In this document: piece after piece, positions 63,492 through 64,000 of the stretch
Numbering within the stretch: the stretch's first letter is position 1
Layout: every line of letters begins with the position of its first letter
NCBI GenBank assembly: GCA_009839835.1
Contig: VXOY01000010.1
Coordinates: 4,025 to 68,024 of the forward strand
Length of the DNA: 64,000 bases
Direction of reading: 5' to 3'
Source: Candidatus Spechtbacteria bacterium SB0662_bin_43
GTDB lineage: Bacteria; Patescibacteriota; Minisyncoccia; Spechtbacterales; 2-12-FULL-38-22
Translations under genes and position numbers: made by a program
The notes under the pieces: generated by a model
Told to the model about the DNA's origin: nothing
The model's input: the letters and a program-made list of their open reading frames with translations, nothing else
The model's database searches: none

Positions 63492-63797
63492 ATGAAAAAA
63501 ACAGAATTTGAATACAAGTACGTGAAGAAGTGCGCTGACTGTAAAACAATGTTCTCTTCTCGGTCTATTCATCTTGTGGATCGGTTCAAAAACGTTTCGC
63601 AAGTGTATGTTGAGTGTAAAAAATGCAAAAAATCTGTGTTGGTATATATTGTCAAAAGCGAAGGTCTCTTTGTGACGCAGATTGACGTGCCAACCGATAT
63701 GAAAAAAGAAGACATCATTCGTTTTCAAAATATGTCGCCAGTCAGCGAAGACGAAGTACTGGCGTTCCGCAAATGGATCAAAAAGAGTGCTGTCTAA
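63492..63797 (+). CDS. Small zinc-ribbon protein
   Basis: CADC...CKKC; TATAAT 8 nt upstream. Confidence 0.75.
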   Translation: MKKTEFEYKYVKKCADCKTMFSSRSIHLVDRFKNVSQVYVECKKCKKSVLVYIVKSEGLFVTQIDVPTDMKKEDIIRFQNMSPVSEDEVLAFRKWIKKSAV

Positions 63798-63888
63798 ATC
63801 ATATCTAACAAGTGCTTATATACCTCATTCGTAAAAATCTCTCTATGTAATAGAGAGATTTTTTGATGGTGTGGTATAATACAATGTT

Positions 63889-64000
63889 ATGGATAAAGAA
63901 CAGAAACTTCAAAAATTAAACAACTTTGTTTTCTTTGACACAGAACAAGGCAAGGTGAATATAGATGTTTTCTTTGCAGATGACACTATATGGCTGACAC
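63889..64000 (+). CDS. Probable RhuM-family protein, N-terminus (truncated by window)
   Basis: MDKEQKLQKLNNFVFFDTEQGKVNIDVFFADDTIWLT resembles RhuM-family starts. Confidence 0.55.
   Translation, partial: MDKEQKLQKLNNFVFFDTEQGKVNIDVFFADDTIWLT

Overview
This window is chromosomal DNA from a Patescibacteria (CPR, probably Parcubacteria-like) bacterium using the standard genetic code. The lineage call comes from 16S signature motifs and typical CPR gene content. Housekeeping blocks are dnaE, rnhB, rpmF-nusB-rnc, rpsP-khpA-trmD, a complete atpBEFHAGDC operon, comEC, mutY, rodA, tRNA-Asn and a gap-rpiB-rpe-tkt-pfkB-fba cluster. Accessory blocks are a defence island (type I-like R-M with fused M-S, AlbA_2/HATPase, HEPN-motif protein, OLD-like ATPase-TOPRIM) and a Fur/Zur-led operon with a CooC-like ATPase and three PLP enzymes. 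A solo 16S rRNA gene lies between them. The most striking signal is in translation initiation. The 16S 3' tail has no anti-Shine-Dalgarno (GAUCACCUCCUUA is replaced by GAACAUUUUUUUG), and core genes are SD-less, often apparently leaderless. Yet about 11 scattered, mostly self-contained orphan genes carry SD-type motifs, most of them AGAAAGGA(G) or AAGGAGGT. A candidate ~125-nt sRNA displays anti-SD-like segments, and two families of dispersed structured repeats are also present. All calls come from reading the sequence by eye; no searches were run.
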